This document shows, one piece after another, positions 31,466 to 42,318 of a stretch of DNA of 64,000 nucleotides. The first letter of the stretch is position 1, and each line of letters opens with the position of its first letter. The position numbers were made by a program, and so were the translations under genes. The notes under the pieces are model-generated. The model saw only the letters and a program-made list of their open reading frames with translations. It was not told the origin of the DNA and searched no databases. The DNA comes from an uncultured Planctomycetota bacterium (GTDB taxonomy: Bacteria > Planctomycetota > Planctomycetia > Isosphaerales > Isosphaeraceae). The DNA lies in assembly GCA_963845755.1 (NCBI GenBank), contig CAWJTV010000034.1, positions 320,001 to 384,000 on the forward strand. The letters run 5' to 3'.

Positions 31466-32374
31466 GAGCGCTCGGAAAAAATGAGTTCACTGGCCCAGGA
31501 GCCTCAAACAGATCAAGGAACATGCTAACTTGAGGAACGCGTCTTGAATCTCGGTGAGCCGATCCAAACGGCGGCGCAGCCGGCCGAAGGAGTGCAGCCA
31601 CGCGATGGTCCGCTCTACGTACCAGCGGGACTTGCCCAAACCGCTGCCGTGCTCCGTATTGCGGGCCGCCAGCACCGGCGTGGTCCCCCGGCCGCGCAAA
31701 CCCTGCCGCACCGGTTCCGAGTCGTAGCCCCGATCCCCCTGCAAGCGGTCGGGCTTCTGCCGCTTCGGCCCCGGCTTGCCGCCCACCGGCGGCATGTCGT
31801 CGAGCGTCGTGAAGACCTGGGTGATCTCGGGGACGTTGGCGGCGGTCACCGTCGCCGCCAGCGGCACGCCTTGGGCGTCGGTCATCACGTGGTGCTTGCT
31901 GCCGGATTTGCTCCGGTCCGTCGGATTCGGGCCGGTATCCTCGCCCCCTTCCGGGGCCTTGGCGAAGGAGGCGTCGATCAGCGCCCGCTCCCAGTCGATC
32001 GCGTCAGCGCCGTTGAGCTCGGCCAGCAAGACGGCGTGCAACTGGCGCCAGACACCGGCCTGCTGCCACGCCTGCAGGTAGGACCGGCAGGTCTTGCCGC
32101 AGCCGCAGCCGAGGTCGGCGGGCAAGTCGTCCCAGGCGATGCCGGTCTTGAGCACGAACAAGATGCCGGTGAGGATCTTGCGGTAGTCCAGGGGTTTGCG
32201 TCCCGGGAAGCGGAAGCGGCGCGGAGGCGGGGGTGGCAGCAAGGGCTCCAGGCGCTTCCACAGCGCATCGGAGACAAGGGGTTTCATGGTGGTCCTCCTT
32301 CGGTTCGGGAGATCACTCTCCGAAGGACTCAAGAGCAGACAGCGTGCCAGTGGATTCATTTTTTCCGAGCGCTC
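31466..32374 (-). mobile_element. IS5-family insertion sequence, 909 bp, apparently complete
   Basis: 29-bp terminal inverted repeats at 31466-31494 and 32346-32374 (27/29 identical, GAGCGCTCGGAAAAAATGA...), flanked by AA on both sides; single transposase ORF. Confidence 0.93.
31487..32287 (-). CDS. IS5 family transposase
   Basis: AAGGAGG RBS; 'VSDALWKRLEPLLP', 'GILFVLKTG..W..LP', 'LIDAS', 'GDRGYDS' and 'RWYVERTIAWL..F.RL'; the stop codon lies inside the left IR. Confidence 0.95.
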   Translation of the reverse strand: MKPLVSDALWKRLEPLLPPPPPRRFRFPGRKPLDYRKILTGILFVLKTGIAWDDLPADLGCGCGKTCRSYLQAWQQAGVWRQLHAVLLAELNGADAIDWERALIDASFAKAPEGGEDTGPNPTDRSKSGSKHHVMTDAQGVPLAATVTAANVPEITQVFTTLDDMPPVGGKPGPKRQKPDRLQGDRGYDSEPVRQGLRGRGTTPVLAARNTEHGSGLGKSRWYVERTIAWLHSFGRLRRRLDRLTEIQDAFLKLACSLICLRLLGQ

Positions 32375-33215
32375 AAGAAAGAGAACTCCTGGGCTCCCCT
32401 CTCCGCGGGCCAATCTCAGATGCTCGGGACGCGGCCGGTCTATACCGCCTCATGAGCCAATCAAACGGGCGGGATATCCAGCTTGCCAAGGTCACAATGG
32501 TCCAGGCACGCCAGGTCGGCAGGACGAAACTGCGACGGCCGTCGAGGCCCCGCACAATCCCCCGGACGACACGATCGGTCGGCTCCTGTCGAGGCCATCC
32601 TCCCCCCTTCCGGCTCGTGCCGCTGGCAACCGTCGAGAACTCACTGACTGTCCGCCCGGGACAGGCCGCCCACACCCGTACGCCCGTGCCCCAGAGCTCA
32701 TAGCGCAGACTCTTCACCAAACCATTCACCGCATGCTTGCTTGCCACATAAACTGCGGAATGGGCGACACCGATAAACCCGAGGACGGAGGAAAGCTGGA
32801 GAATTTGACCGGACCCCCTTGGTTTCATGTGGCGAATGGCCTTCTGGCTCAAGTCGATGAGGGCCACGAGGTTCAGCTCGATGATCAGTCGGATGGCGTC
32901 CGGATCCTGCTCGGCAAAGTCGGCGTAGTTGCCCAGCCCGGCGTTATTGACGAGCAGGTTGACACCTCCGGGAAGCATCAAGGCGCGATCCCAGAGTTCT
33001 TGGCGGAAGACGGCGTCTCCGAGGTCGCCTGCGAGGATCTCGACCTTCCCGGGCGGTAGTTCCGCGGCGAGCGACTCGAGGCGATCGAGGCGCCGGGCCG
33101 TCGCGAGGACCGTCATGCCGCGTTCCCGCACCAGTTGACGGACCAGCTCGCGACCCAGCCCGGATGACGCGCCAGTCACCAGGGCATTCCGTTCGAGCAC
33201 TTCCGGTTTTGTCAT
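32373..33215 (-). CDS. Short-chain dehydrogenase/reductase (SDR)
   Basis: TGASSGLG, NNAG and YxxxK 'YVASK'. Confidence 0.92.
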   Translation of the reverse strand: MTKPEVLERNALVTGASSGLGRELVRQLVRERGMTVLATARRLDRLESLAAELPPGKVEILAGDLGDAVFRQELWDRALMLPGGVNLLVNNAGLGNYADFAEQDPDAIRLIIELNLVALIDLSQKAIRHMKPRGSGQILQLSSVLGFIGVAHSAVYVASKHAVNGLVKSLRYELWGTGVRVWAACPGRTVSEFSTVASGTSRKGGGWPRQEPTDRVVRGIVRGLDGRRSFVLPTWRAWTIVTLASWISRPFDWLMRRYRPAASRASEIGPRRGEPRSSLS

Positions 33216-33512
33216 ATCGCAAATCCCGCATCATGTGGCCCAACCGCGAATCCCTCGAAGTTCCCATCGTCTTTATCACAAAGAGGTGGACTTCACCACG
33301 AGGAAGCGTGCGATCCCCATCCACCGACTCTCCTGGTCTTGCACCCCCGTAATTCGGGAAAGGAGGCGCGTATGACCCGGGAGGGGTGACTCCCGGGATT
33401 GAGCCGATTGTTGAGCAGTAGACAGACGTTGTACAATCCAGGAGTCGTGCGCGGGCGAGGGGAAGCGGACCCCACCCGAGTCGGAACTTGCACCGAGGGA
33501 GAAACGACCGCC

Positions 33513-35286
33513 GTGGCTGCCATCGATGATCGTCAAACGTTGACCAAGACTTCTTCGAGACCGAGTACCGGGGCGGATGTTCTGGTCGAGTCGCTGGTGC
33601 GGCACGGTGTGGAGGTCATTTTCGCCTATCCGGGCGGCGCGAGCATGCCGCTGCATCAGGCGCTGACGCGATACCGCGATCGAATCCGGACGATCCTGCC
33701 GCGTCACGAGCAAGGAGGCATCTTCGCGGCCCAGGGCTATGGCGCGCAACCGGCAGACCGGGAGTGGTGATGGCGACATCGGGACCCGGTGCGCTGAACC
33801 TCGTGACCGGCCTGGCTGATGCCAAGATGGACTCAGTGCCCCTGGTGGCCATCACGGGTCAAGTGCCGAGCCACGTGATCGGCACCGACGCCTTCCAGGA
33901 GACGCCGATCGTGGAGGTCTCCCGGGCAATCACCAAGCATCACTACCTGGTCCAGCACGCGAGGGAGATCGCGCGGATCGTCAAGGAGGCGTTCCACCTG
34001 GCCAGTACCGGCCGGCCAGGACCGGTCCTGATCGACATTCCCAAGGATATCCAGAATACGGTCGTGCCCACCCCTCAGTACGACGTGGCCATGGACCTGC
34101 CGGGTTATCGGCTGCCTCCGCCCCCATCCCCCGAGCGGATCCGGGAAGTTCTCTCGGCGATCCGGGAGAGCGAACGCCCGATCATCTACTGTGGCGGCGG
34201 GGTGGTGGCCTCGGGCGCCGCCGAAGAGCTGCGCGAGTTTGCCTCCAAGACGGGGATTCCCGTGGCGATGACCGTCCACGGACTGGGTGCCATGCCCAGC
34301 GACCATTACCTCTCGCTGAACATGCTGGGGATGCACGGCACGGTCTACGCGAATTACGCCGTGAACGCGGCCGACCTGCTCCTGGCCTTCGGAGTGCGGT
34401 TCGATGATCGCGTCACCGGAAAGCTCAGCGAGTTCGCCAAGCACGGGCGAATCGTCCACGTCGATATCGACGCCTCCGAGATCAACAAGAACAAGTTCGC
34501 TCACGTCCCCATCCATACCGATGTCAAGGCGTTCTTGGAGGCGATCAACCCGCTGGTCGCGCCGGGCGACTGGCGGCAGTGGCATCAACAGATCGACGAG
34601 TGGCGCGCCAGCGACCCCATGACCTACGACCAGCGGGACGACCTGATCCTGCCCCAGTTCGTCATCGAGCAGTTCTCGGCGATGGCGCAGGGCGAATTCA
34701 TCATGACGACCGGGGTGGGACAGCACCAGATGTGGGCTGCGCAGTGGAGTCGGTTCAAGCACCCGCGCACCTGGATCACCTCGGGGGGCCTGGGCTCGAT
34801 GGGCTACGGCCTGCCGGCTGCCATGGGTGCACAGGCCGCTTTCCCCGAGGCGCTGGTCGTCGACATCGACGGCGACGGAAGCTTTCTCATGAACATCCAG
34901 GAGCTGGCCACGGTCTACTGCGAGGACCTGCCGGTCAAGGTCATCGTGCTCAACAACCAGCACCTGGGCATGGTCGTGCAGTGGGAGGATCGGTTCCACG
35001 AGGGGAACCGCGCCACACCTACCTCGGGCCGATCCACCACCCCGAGGCGACCGGTCAGGGTGAAGGCGAGGTACCCGGGTCGATCTATCCGGACTTCGTC
35101 GAGATTGCACGCGGGTTCGGCGTCAAGGCCCGCCAGGTCCGCCGGAAGTCCGAGGTCCTCGACGCCCTCAAGGAGATGATCGCCCATCCCGGACCGTACG
35201 TCCTCGACGTGCTCGTCCCCTACCAGGAGCACGTCCTGCCCATGATCCCCTCGGGCATGACCGTGAAGGAGATCATCAAGACCTAG
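33513..35286 (+). CDS. ilvB: Acetolactate synthase large subunit, frameshifts at ~33745 and ~35012
   Basis: 'FAYPGGAS', 'RHEQG', 'TSGPGA.N', 'RFDDRVTG', 'GQHQMWAAQ', 'IDGDGSF.MN.QEL' and 'HVLPMIP'. Confidence 0.95.
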
Positions 35287-35355
35287 TTTTCGGCGTGCAA
35301 TTCCCGGCAAGATGCAGACCTGAACCTGGCCGAACCGGACACCGAAACCTCGAGA

Positions 35356-37005
35356 TCAATTGGCCCACATCGGCTCGTCGATGAGCAGTCCATACTTTTT
35401 CATCTTCTTGTAGAGCGTGGTGCGGTTGATGTTCAGGACGCGGGCGGTCTCCTGGCGATTCCAGTTGAAGGCCTGAAGCGCCTGAATGATGATGCGCTTC
35501 TCGGGTTCTTCCAGGGCTTCTTTCAGAGGCCGGATGCCGATGGGGAGGTGAGGCCGGGGCGGAGAGCCGCCAGTACGAGTCTGGTGGTGATGGTTGAGGA
35601 TGGGAGCCAGGTGGCTGGAGTTGATCCGTGTCCCGTTGCACATGGCGACGGAGCGCCGGATCGCCGCTTCGAGCTCGCGGACGTTGCCGGGCCAGTCGTG
35701 ACGCTGGAGGACGTCGAGTGCATCGCGAGTGAACCCCACGACACTCTTACGGAACTCATGGGCATATCGTGAGCGGAACGACTCGGCGAGCAGTTCCACG
35801 TCGGTCCCACGGTGCTTCAACGGCGGGAGCATCAGGCTGATGGCGCCGACGCGATGGAAGAGTTCCTGGCGGAAGCGCCCTGCTCGATCAGCGCCGGGAG
35901 GTTCTCGCTGGTGGACATCACGAACCGGATCTCGCCGGGAAGGTGAGGAAAAGCCGTGGCAGACGTGTAGTCCCGGTGTTGCAACTCGCGGAGCAGGTTG
36001 AACTGGATCTCCGTGGGCAGGGCGGCCATCTCGTGCACGTAGAGTGTCCCCCCGCGGGCCTGATCCAGCATGTGCGACCAGGTGATACCCGGCTCGGTCG
36101 GGCCGGTGTTTTCGCCATCGGGCGTCGCCAGCTCGTCGGCCAGGGCCGACGCCTCGACCGTGACGAAAGGACGTTGGGCGCCGCAGCAGAGGGTATGGAG
36201 CAGCCGAGCGACCAGCGACTTGCCGGTCCCCGACTCTCCGACGATCAGCACGCCGGTGCGAGCCGATGCGAGGGTCGCGGTCAGCTCGAGGACCTGTCGC
36301 CAGCTCGGGTCATTACCGATGAGGCCGAGTTCTCGAGCGATCAGATCCACGCGATGGGCGGGGCTGGTCGTCGGTGCGTGTACCGCCAGAGCTCCCTGCG
36401 GAGCGGCCATCATCCCTGAAGGGGCCATGGTGGCCGACGCGGCCAGAGTGCCCGGCGCCAGGGTACCGACGGCGGACGAATTCGTTCCAATCCCGGAGTG
36501 CGAGGTGCCGGAGTGCAGGGTCAGGGACGGGATCGGTCCGCCCCGATCCATGGAGTGGATCGGCTGGAGCTTGGCACCGGCGACCGAGGCAGACGCCGAC
36601 GGCGGAGCTACAGCGGCGGGTTCACTCGACCGCGTCTCGCACTGTTCCAGGGCCTGTAAGACCGCGGCCCGCAGCTCCGCCGCGGGGACCGGGTACTTCA
36701 AGACCGCCATGGCGCCGAGCCGGAGGGCTTCCTTGGCCCGCTCGGGGTGGAGACGCGGGAACAACAGCACCACGGGGACTTCGCGATGCTTGCGCCGTAC
36801 GTAGGTCAAGAGCTCCAACGCATCCCCATCGCTGGGATCGACCCCGGCCAGGACCAGATCGATGTCGTTACGCTCCATCAGGCGGACCGCCATCCGATCG
36901 TTGGTGGCGTCTTCGATGGTGTGGCCCAGCGACTTCAGCATCGAGGTCAGCAAGGCCAGTCCGGCAGGATCCGGGTAAAGGATCAGGATTTCGAAGCTTG
37001 TGCAT
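35356..37005 (-). CDS. NtrC/Fis-like transcriptional regulator (pseudo-receiver, degenerate AAA+, HTH), frameshifts at ~36990 and ~35875
   Basis: Walker A 'GESGTGKS', 'WPGNVRELE' and Fis HTH 'NRQETARVLNINRTTLYKKMK'; receiver-like N-terminus. Confidence 0.88.
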
Positions 37006-37571
37006 GGGATTCAATCTCTCGTCAGATGCCCGTGCCGAAACACTAAGCCGGTCCATCCTCCGTGAGTGTCCTGAAGGCAAGCCGTCGAGGGGGTGCCAAT
37101 GGGGCGATTCGTGTGTCACGGATTCCATCCTCACCCCGACGGACCAAGCGACAACCGACGCAGTTGCCTCGCTAGAATGGCGAGCCTCGTTGCCCATCCG
37201 ATCCCGGACAGCCGGGTGAACTGCCGATCTGGATGGGCGGCTCGTGTGGTTCTCAATAAACAGGTATGTCATGGATGCAACATCGTCAAAGGCGATCTGA
37301 AGACAAGCTCACTGTCACCCGGCGACCGTTCATCGTCGCCCTGGTCTCCTCGACCGATCGAGGCAGGGCGGGAATTCGATTCGAGTTCGATCGATGTAAA
37401 GAAATCTTAAGGGCGTTGCCTCTCAGCGCAGGCGAGGGCTCCCTCATGGGGCCGAGCATCTGGGGGCGAGGGCTCATCCGAACGAATTGTCACGGCCTTG
37501 GTTTCACTGCCAGTCCCTGACAACCCATAGTCCATCCGCTCCAATCTCTTCGATGATCCAGCGGTGCTGTG

Positions 37572-38456
37572 TCAGGCCCGCGGATGCGCCTCATGATAAG
37601 TATCGAGGATTCGGTCTTGTGTGACGTGGGTGTAGATTTGCGTGCTCGAGAGATTTCGATGGCCGAGAAGCTCCTGGACGCTCCGAAGATCAGCACCGCG
37701 ATCCAACAAATGGGTCGCGAAACTGTGCCGCAAGGTATGGGGACTCGCGGCGTCGACCAAGCCTGCTCGTTCCAAATGACTCTCTAGCAGACGACCAACG
37801 CTCCGCGTCGTCAAGCGGGTACCACGTTGGTTGAGGAAAACTGCGGGTTCCCGGACGGCCTTGGGCCGCCGTAAAGGGACCCAGCGCCGCAGCCAGTCCG
37901 TCGCCAGGCCGCCGATCGGAGACAGACGCTCGCGACGACCTTTCCCACGTACGCGGATCAGTTCCTGGTCTGCATCGATATCCTCCAGGTTCAAGCCTAC
38001 AAGCTCCCCGACGCGCAGACCGCCGCCATAAAGCGTCTCCAGCATCGCGCGATCGCGAATTCCCGGCAGCGTGTCAACGGGCATGCTCTCCAGCAGCCGG
38101 ATCACCTCATCGACCCGAAGCAGTCGCGGCAACCGTAACGCCTGCTTGGGATTACGGAGACCCGCCGATGGGTCCGCCGTGACCGTTCCTTTGCGGCGCA
38201 AATAGCGGAAGTACGAGCGTAAGCTCGCCAGCCGCCGTGCGATCGTGCTCGGGGCGTACCCTCGACTCATCAGCCACGCCGCGTACCGGCGCAGCCGAAC
38301 CGAATCGACGCAAGTCGGGTCGGCATCCTTTCCACGAATCTCCTGGAGATAAGTGCTATACAAAGCCAGGTCGGCCTGGTAGGATCGTAAAGTGTGTGCC
38401 GAAACTTGCCTCTCAAGGCGAAGATGATCGAGAAACGCGTTGATGGAATGATGCAT
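37572..38456 (-). CDS. xerC: Tyrosine recombinase XerC
   Basis: 'SAHTLRSY', 'RDRAMLETLY..GLRV.EL', 'VRGKGRRER', 'PHTLRHSFATHLL..GADLRSVQELLGH..LSSTQIYTHV' and C-terminal 'HPRA'. Confidence 0.9.
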   Translation of the reverse strand: MHHSINAFLDHLRLERQVSAHTLRSYQADLALYSTYLQEIRGKDADPTCVDSVRLRRYAAWLMSRGYAPSTIARRLASLRSYFRYLRRKGTVTADPSAGLRNPKQALRLPRLLRVDEVIRLLESMPVDTLPGIRDRAMLETLYGGGLRVGELVGLNLEDIDADQELIRVRGKGRRERLSPIGGLATDWLRRWVPLRRPKAVREPAVFLNQRGTRLTTRSVGRLLESHLERAGLVDAASPHTLRHSFATHLLDRGADLRSVQELLGHRNLSSTQIYTHVTQDRILDTYHEAHPRA

Positions 38457-39341
38457 GGGCATCCTCATTGCCAGATCGCGGCCAGACGCGCGGGAGGCGG
38501 CCGGCGAGGCGCAGACCGCGCCACATGGAGCCTTCGAACTCGTCAACAGACGGGACCCCGTCCGTGTCTTCATCGGGTCTTGCTCCTGATGTGCGACATT
38601 CTTCTGTCCGTCCCGTTCCTGGTTCGACCGCCGGCCGGTCAGGCTGAGTTAGCAAATCTGGGGCCCGCCCTACGTCACCCCGGCCCGTACCGACTCAACC
38701 TCGAATCGGCATGACCTGTCGTCCAAGGACTTCACGGGAATGGCCTCGAGACCGTAGTGAAATCGCTCGATTCGACGGAATCGCTTTCTCTGGCTGGGTT
38801 TGTCGCGTTCTCGGGCAGAAACCTTTTCCGACTGGGTCGTCTGCGATCGCCGGTCAGGACAGGGACTTCGACTCTCCGAAGCCCCCTTCCTCCGACATAA
38901 GACTCGATCATATCGGATTGACTTCCGCTCCTTTTGCAATATCTCGTTCGCTGCCAACGTCGGCAGTCAGAGTGATCCCAGCCTCAGTCATCAGTACAAT
39001 TAGGATCGAAGGAGATTCTCCACGATTCGCTTTCACTTGGCAACGGTGTGTCGGTCAGATCGAGGGTTTTTTTCCAAATCATCATGAACGTAGCTGATGA
39101 GACCAGATCTTCCGCTGCTCGATGAGCCGCGATCGGCACGAGATGAAGATCTGTGGAGTCTCGGGCTGGACAATCTTGGCGAAACACGTTGCGTCCGGAG
39201 GTGGGCCACGGGGATTCCGACCGTGCGCGCCATCTCTCCGGATGTCCGAATTCTTCGAGGTGGGACGCTCAGGTCGATGCCGACGACGAGTGATTTTCGC
39301 GTTTTCGACGCGAGCGGCCTTTCCATCGGGGAGCGACGGGC

Positions 39342-39347
39342 TATAAT
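39342..39347 (+). promoter_or_regulatory. -10 box of the tRNA promoter
   Basis: TATAAT 5 nt upstream of the tRNA 5' end. Confidence 0.6.
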
Positions 39348-39352
39348 GGCCT

Positions 39353-39425
39353 TGCGCCGTGGAGCAGCGGCTAGCTCGCCAGGCTCATAACCTGGAGGTC
39401 GTAGGTTCGATTCCTACCGGCGCAA
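39353..39425 (+). tRNA. tRNA-Met(CAT), initiator-like, CCA not encoded
   Basis: Cloverleaf: acceptor TGCGCCG/CGGCGCA, D stem GAGC/GCTC, anticodon stem CCAGG/CCTGG with loop CTCATAA, T arm GTAGG-TTCGATT-CCTAC. Confidence 0.93.
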
Positions 39426-39750
39426 CTCTTTCCCTCCCATCATAAACGGCCCTCTCCTACCGGTCCCTTCTTACGAGCTGATGAATGGACCGCGGTGGTC
39501 GCTCCCTCATACCTCCTCGAACTGCCCCTGGCCATCATTGACCCCGCACGTTCATGCCGTTTCTCTCCTGTGTTCGGTCGGCCATGGCTGGCGACAACGG
39601 CCGGCAACGGAGCCAAGGGCCGGCGCGAATCGAGACTTCGCCCGATCCTCTCTGGAGGTTGCGGTCGGGGAGCACGCGTGCTAAGCTTTCGCGAAACGCG
39701 CCCGACCCAGTCCACGACCGGCCGAACTCGTACCACCGGACTCGACGTGC

Positions 39751-40215
39751 ATGGCCGATTTGCACGCCTACGAAGGCGAAACGCTTACCCATCGGCTCGT
39801 CTTGCCCCGCGACGCCAACCATCACGGCACGCTCTACGCCGGTGTTCTGCTATCCCTCTCGCTCGAAGCCGGCTATGCGACGGCTTTTCGCGCTGCGGGC
39901 CTCAATGCCAATCTGGTCCTCAAACGCGTGCTGGACCTTCGATGTTATGAACCCGTCTCTGTTGGCCGTGTGATCCAAATTCGAGGTCGAGAGATCCATC
40001 GTGCCCGGGCCCAGATTGTCGTCGGTCTCTGGGGATCCAATGCGGCCGACCCCAAGTCTCCGTGGATGGATGGACTTATGCAGTTTGTCCAGGTCGATTC
40101 GACCGGGCGACCTGAACCGCTTGATGAGGAACCGGACGACGAGCCGATCGCGCTCGATCCTCCCTGGTGTCATCTACGGGAACGGGCCCGGAAGCTCTTG
40201 CATGTTCGACAATAG
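39751..40215 (+). CDS. Acyl-CoA thioesterase (hotdog fold)
   Basis: 'LVLPRDANHHGTLYAG' and 'FVQVDSTGRP'. Confidence 0.8.
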   Translation: MADLHAYEGETLTHRLVLPRDANHHGTLYAGVLLSLSLEAGYATAFRAAGLNANLVLKRVLDLRCYEPVSVGRVIQIRGREIHRARAQIVVGLWGSNAADPKSPWMDGLMQFVQVDSTGRPEPLDEEPDDEPIALDPPWCHLRERARKLLHVRQ

Positions 40216-40261
40216 TTGCACGTCCGTCGCTGGGAGTGCCTGATCCAGGAGGTCTGATCTC

Positions 40262-42034
40262 GTGCGCTGGTCCCATGCTCTGATCCCGACGTTGAAAGAG
40301 ACTCCGGCTGACGCCGTGGCGCCCAGTCACGTGCTCTTGCTCCGGGCGGGCATGATCCGCCAGCTCGGCGCCGGGACGTACACCTATATGCCGCTGGGCC
40401 TGAGGGTGTTGCAGAAGGCCGCCCAGATCGTACGCGAGGAGATGGACGCCGCCGGGGCGATCGAGCTGCTCATGCCGGCACTCCAGCCCGTCGAGTTGTG
40501 GAAGGAGTCCGGCCGCTACGAGGCTTATGGCGACCTGCTGATGAAGCTAACCATCAGCGGCGGACACCAGATGGCACTCGGGCCGACCCATGAGGAAGTC
40601 ATCACGGACATGGTCCGCGACCTGATCCGTTCGTACAAGCAGTTGCCCATCACCCTCTATCAGATCCAGACCAAGTTCCGCGACGAGCCTCGCCCGCGCT
40701 TCGGCATCGTCCGCACGCGCGAATTCCTGATGAAGGACGCCTACAGCATCGATGCCGACCTGCCGCAGCTCAACGCCAGCTACGACAAGATGTTCGAGGC
40801 CTATTGCCGGATCTTCGACCGTTGCGGTCTGCCTTATGTGGTCGTCGAGGCCGAGAGCGGCCCGATCGGCGGCGATTCGTCGCACGAGTTTATGGTCCCC
40901 TGCTCCACCGGGGAGGACAAGGTGATCTTCTGCTCCCGCTGTGGTTATGCGGCCAACCAGGAGCGAGCGGAGATCGGCGGCGGCCCCACCGCGGTCGTAC
41001 CCGGGTCCGACGCCTCCCCCTACCAGGCTGTCGAAACTCCGAACAAACGGACCATTCGCGATGTCTGCCAGTTCCTGGGCGTGGCAGAATCGACCTCGGC
41101 CAAGCTGCTGGTCTACCTGGCCGATGGCAAGCCGGTCGCTGCGCTGCTGCGGGGCGATCACGAGCTGAACGAGGCGAAACTCCGCCGGGCGGTCGGCGCC
41201 GCGACGCTGGTCGCGGCGGACGCGGCCACGATCGAGAAGGCTACCGGGACACCCATCGGTTTCCTCGGGCCGATCGCGATCAAGATCCCGCTGGTGATCG
41301 ACCGCGCCATCGTGGCGATGCCGACCGTCGTCGTCGGCGGCAACGCGGTGGATGTCCACTTCAAGGGAGTCGTCCCCGGCGCGACTTCCCCCTCGAACCG
41401 GTCCATGACATCCGGAACGCCGACGCCGGGGACCCCTGCCCTCGTTGCGCGGGGCCTCTGGAGATCAAATCCGGCCTGGAGATCGGCCATGTCTTCAAGC
41501 TCGGGACCAAGTATTCCCGATCGATGGGCGCGACCTACCTCGACGAGAAGGGGACCGAGACGCTCCTGATCATGGGCTGCTACGGGATCGGCATCAACCG
41601 GATCGTGGCCTCGGCCGTCGAGGCCGGCCACGACGAAAACGGGATCATCTGGCCGCTGTCGATCGCACCGTATCACGTCCTATTGGTCCCGCTCCCCGGG
41701 AAGGACCCGGCCGTGATGGAGCGATCCCTGGCGCTCGAATCCGCGCTGACGTCGGCAGGGCTCGATGTCCTGATCGACGACCGGGATCAACGGCCGGGCT
41801 TCAAATTCAAGGATGCCGACCTGATCGGGATCCCGTTTCGCGTCGTGATCGGGGAGCGCAGGTCTCAAGGAGGGGAAGATCGAGATCAAGTGGCGCAACC
41901 AGTCGGAGGCCAGGCAGGTCCCCGCCGACACGGCGGCGGCGGCGATTCTCGCGGAGATCGAGACGGCGCGACGGCAGCATGAAGCATGGTGCCGGGAGCG
42001 ACAGCAGACTCGGGCCGCGGCGAGGCCGTCATGA
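40262..42034 (+). CDS. proS: Proline--tRNA ligase with editing (INS) domain, frameshifts at ~41378 and ~41858
   Basis: 'SHVLLLRAGMI', 'LGPTHEE', 'QTKFRDEPRPRFG..R.REF.MKDAYS', 'EIGHVFKLGTKYS' and 'MGCYGIG'; ATGA overlap with the next gene. Confidence 0.96.
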
Positions 42035-42288
42035 GGCGGATCCCGCCGATCCCCCGGCTCCCGTATTTCCTGCTGGCCGCGCTGACTCTGGTCTCGTTCG
42101 GCGGCCCGTTCGCGATGTTCGTCGTCGTTCGTGCCGGTCCCCGTCCGGATTGGCCTCCCGACCGTGTTGTCGAGTGGGTCGTCATCGGCCTGGTCATCGG
42201 TCTGGCCATCGCGCTCTTTTCCGCGTGCGTCACGATTGGATGGTGGTATCCCTGGACTCATGTGACCAGGAAGTCCGACGACCGCTAA
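42031..42288 (+). CDS. Small two-TM membrane protein
   Basis: Two hydrophobic segments around 'PDWPPDR.VEW'; translationally coupled to proS. Confidence 0.65.
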   Translation: MRRIPPIPRLPYFLLAALTLVSFGGPFAMFVVVRAGPRPDWPPDRVVEWVVIGLVIGLAIALFSACVTIGWWYPWTHVTRKSDDR

Positions 42289-42318
42289 TTCCGGCGCGTC
42301 AACACCTTCGGTAAATCC

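Noticed and set aside
33359..33397. Strong SD plus mini-ORF MTREG* and hairpin as an ilvB attenuator
   Set aside because: No Ile/Leu/Val codons, no U-tract terminator, and a likely -10 box (TACAAT 33432-33437) lies downstream of it.
37572..39425. Integrative element (tyrosine recombinase next to a tRNA)
   Set aside because: The recombinase looks like housekeeping XerC, no duplicated tRNA 3' end was seen, and the flanks are core genes.
40262..42034. Programmed frameshifting in proS, ilvB or mtnA
   Set aside because: No consistent slippery sites, and indels occur throughout the window, as expected for sequencing error.
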